A stretch of DNA of 64,000 nucleotides, taken from the NCBI RefSeq assembly GCF_964204645.1, contig NC_134028.1, positions 21,696,345 through 21,760,344 of the forward strand, read 5' to 3'. Source of the stretch: Tubulanus polymorphus. Its lineage: Eukaryota > Animalia > Nemertea. The position numbers and the translations under genes were made by a program. Shown one piece after another: positions 63,370 to 64,000 of the stretch (position 1 is its first letter; each line of letters begins with the position of its first letter). The notes beneath the pieces were generated by a model. It did no database searches, was not told the DNA's origin, and worked only from the letters and a program-made list of their open reading frames with translations.

Positions 63370-64000
63370 TTAGCGCAAACTTTCTGTATTCGCACTGCCT
63401 TGGTATGTATGACCAACACCAGTGAAGCAATCGCTGAATTGCTTGTGGATAACATCAGGATGTAGAATGTGTTCACCACCGATATTTGCTATGCATTCGT
63501 CAGTTTGAAACGAACACATTCCAGAATTGTAGTTTCCGACCAGAGTTGTAAAATGAGCAGCTGAATAGGATGATTGCGTAATCGGTACGAGTTGAGTCTC
63601 TTCGAATGAGTAACCATTAGTGCATTCAATACGCATCGTGGCATTTACTTCATTCTTATCCAGTTTGTATTTAGTTACCGTGCCGTACATCAACGCTGCA
63701 CCCGGGCCCCAAAACTCGGTCCATTTTCCGTGCATGGTGCCGGTTCCAACGGTCTTAGTTTCAGTCGTACTTGCCATGTATGATTTTGTGTGTCCAACTG
63801 AACCAGATACAGCTACACTTACCGAACTACCACTACCCAGGACATCTGCAGATGCTGTAACTTTTGTCTCGATTTTTCCTTCGTACGTCCACGAATCTCC
63901 TTCTTGCAATGTGTAGCCTGTAGCGTCTTGCACTTGTCTTAGGGTCTGTAATGTTAGTCTGTTCTTTGTACCATTTCTACAGTTGTGACTTGATGCCAGT
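63370..64000 (-). CDS. Gene A4, last exon (aerolysin-like domain); the rest lies beyond the right edge
   Basis: Open frame from the window edge to the stop at 63370; nearly identical to the A1 pore-domain exon (HTKSYMASTTETKTVGTGTMHGKW). Confidence 0.87.
   Translation of the reverse strand, partial: LASSHNCRNGTKNRLTLQTLRQVQDATGYTLQEGDSWTYEGKIETKVTASADVLGSGSSVSVAVSGSVGHTKSYMASTTETKTVGTGTMHGKWTEFWGPGAALMYGTVTKYKLDKNEVNATMRIECTNGYSFEETQLVPITQSSYSAAHFTTLVGNYNSGMCSFQTDECIANIGGEHILHPDVIHKQFSDCFTGVGHTYQGSANTESLR

Overview
AT-rich, intron-containing animal genomic DNA, probably from an invertebrate; the species cannot be determined from the sequence. The left ~12 kb holds the 5' part of ARPC1 (Arp2/3 complex subunit 1) and a complete 5-exon carnosine-synthase-like ATP-grasp gene, among MITEs and LINE remnants. 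From ~16 kb to the right edge is a tandem array of head-to-head gene pairs: three complete pairs plus the last exon of a fourth A gene. Gene A (- strand, 406-407 aa) has a signal peptide, a dermatopontin-type domain, an aerolysin/ETX-MTX2-like beta-pore-forming domain and a short Cys-containing tail. Gene B (+ strand, ~784 aa) has the same architecture plus four WSC glycan-binding domains. A and B are distant paralogs with the same exon phases, and in every complete unit they occur together across a 1.4-2.1 kb divergent spacer. I read this as a candidate two-component, lectin-targeted pore-forming toxin or immune effector. The copies show patchwork gene conversion, a His-enriched variant, a nonsense-truncated copy and a pseudogenised partial duplicate. 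All gene models were spliced by hand, and domain calls rest on motif recognition, not database searches.
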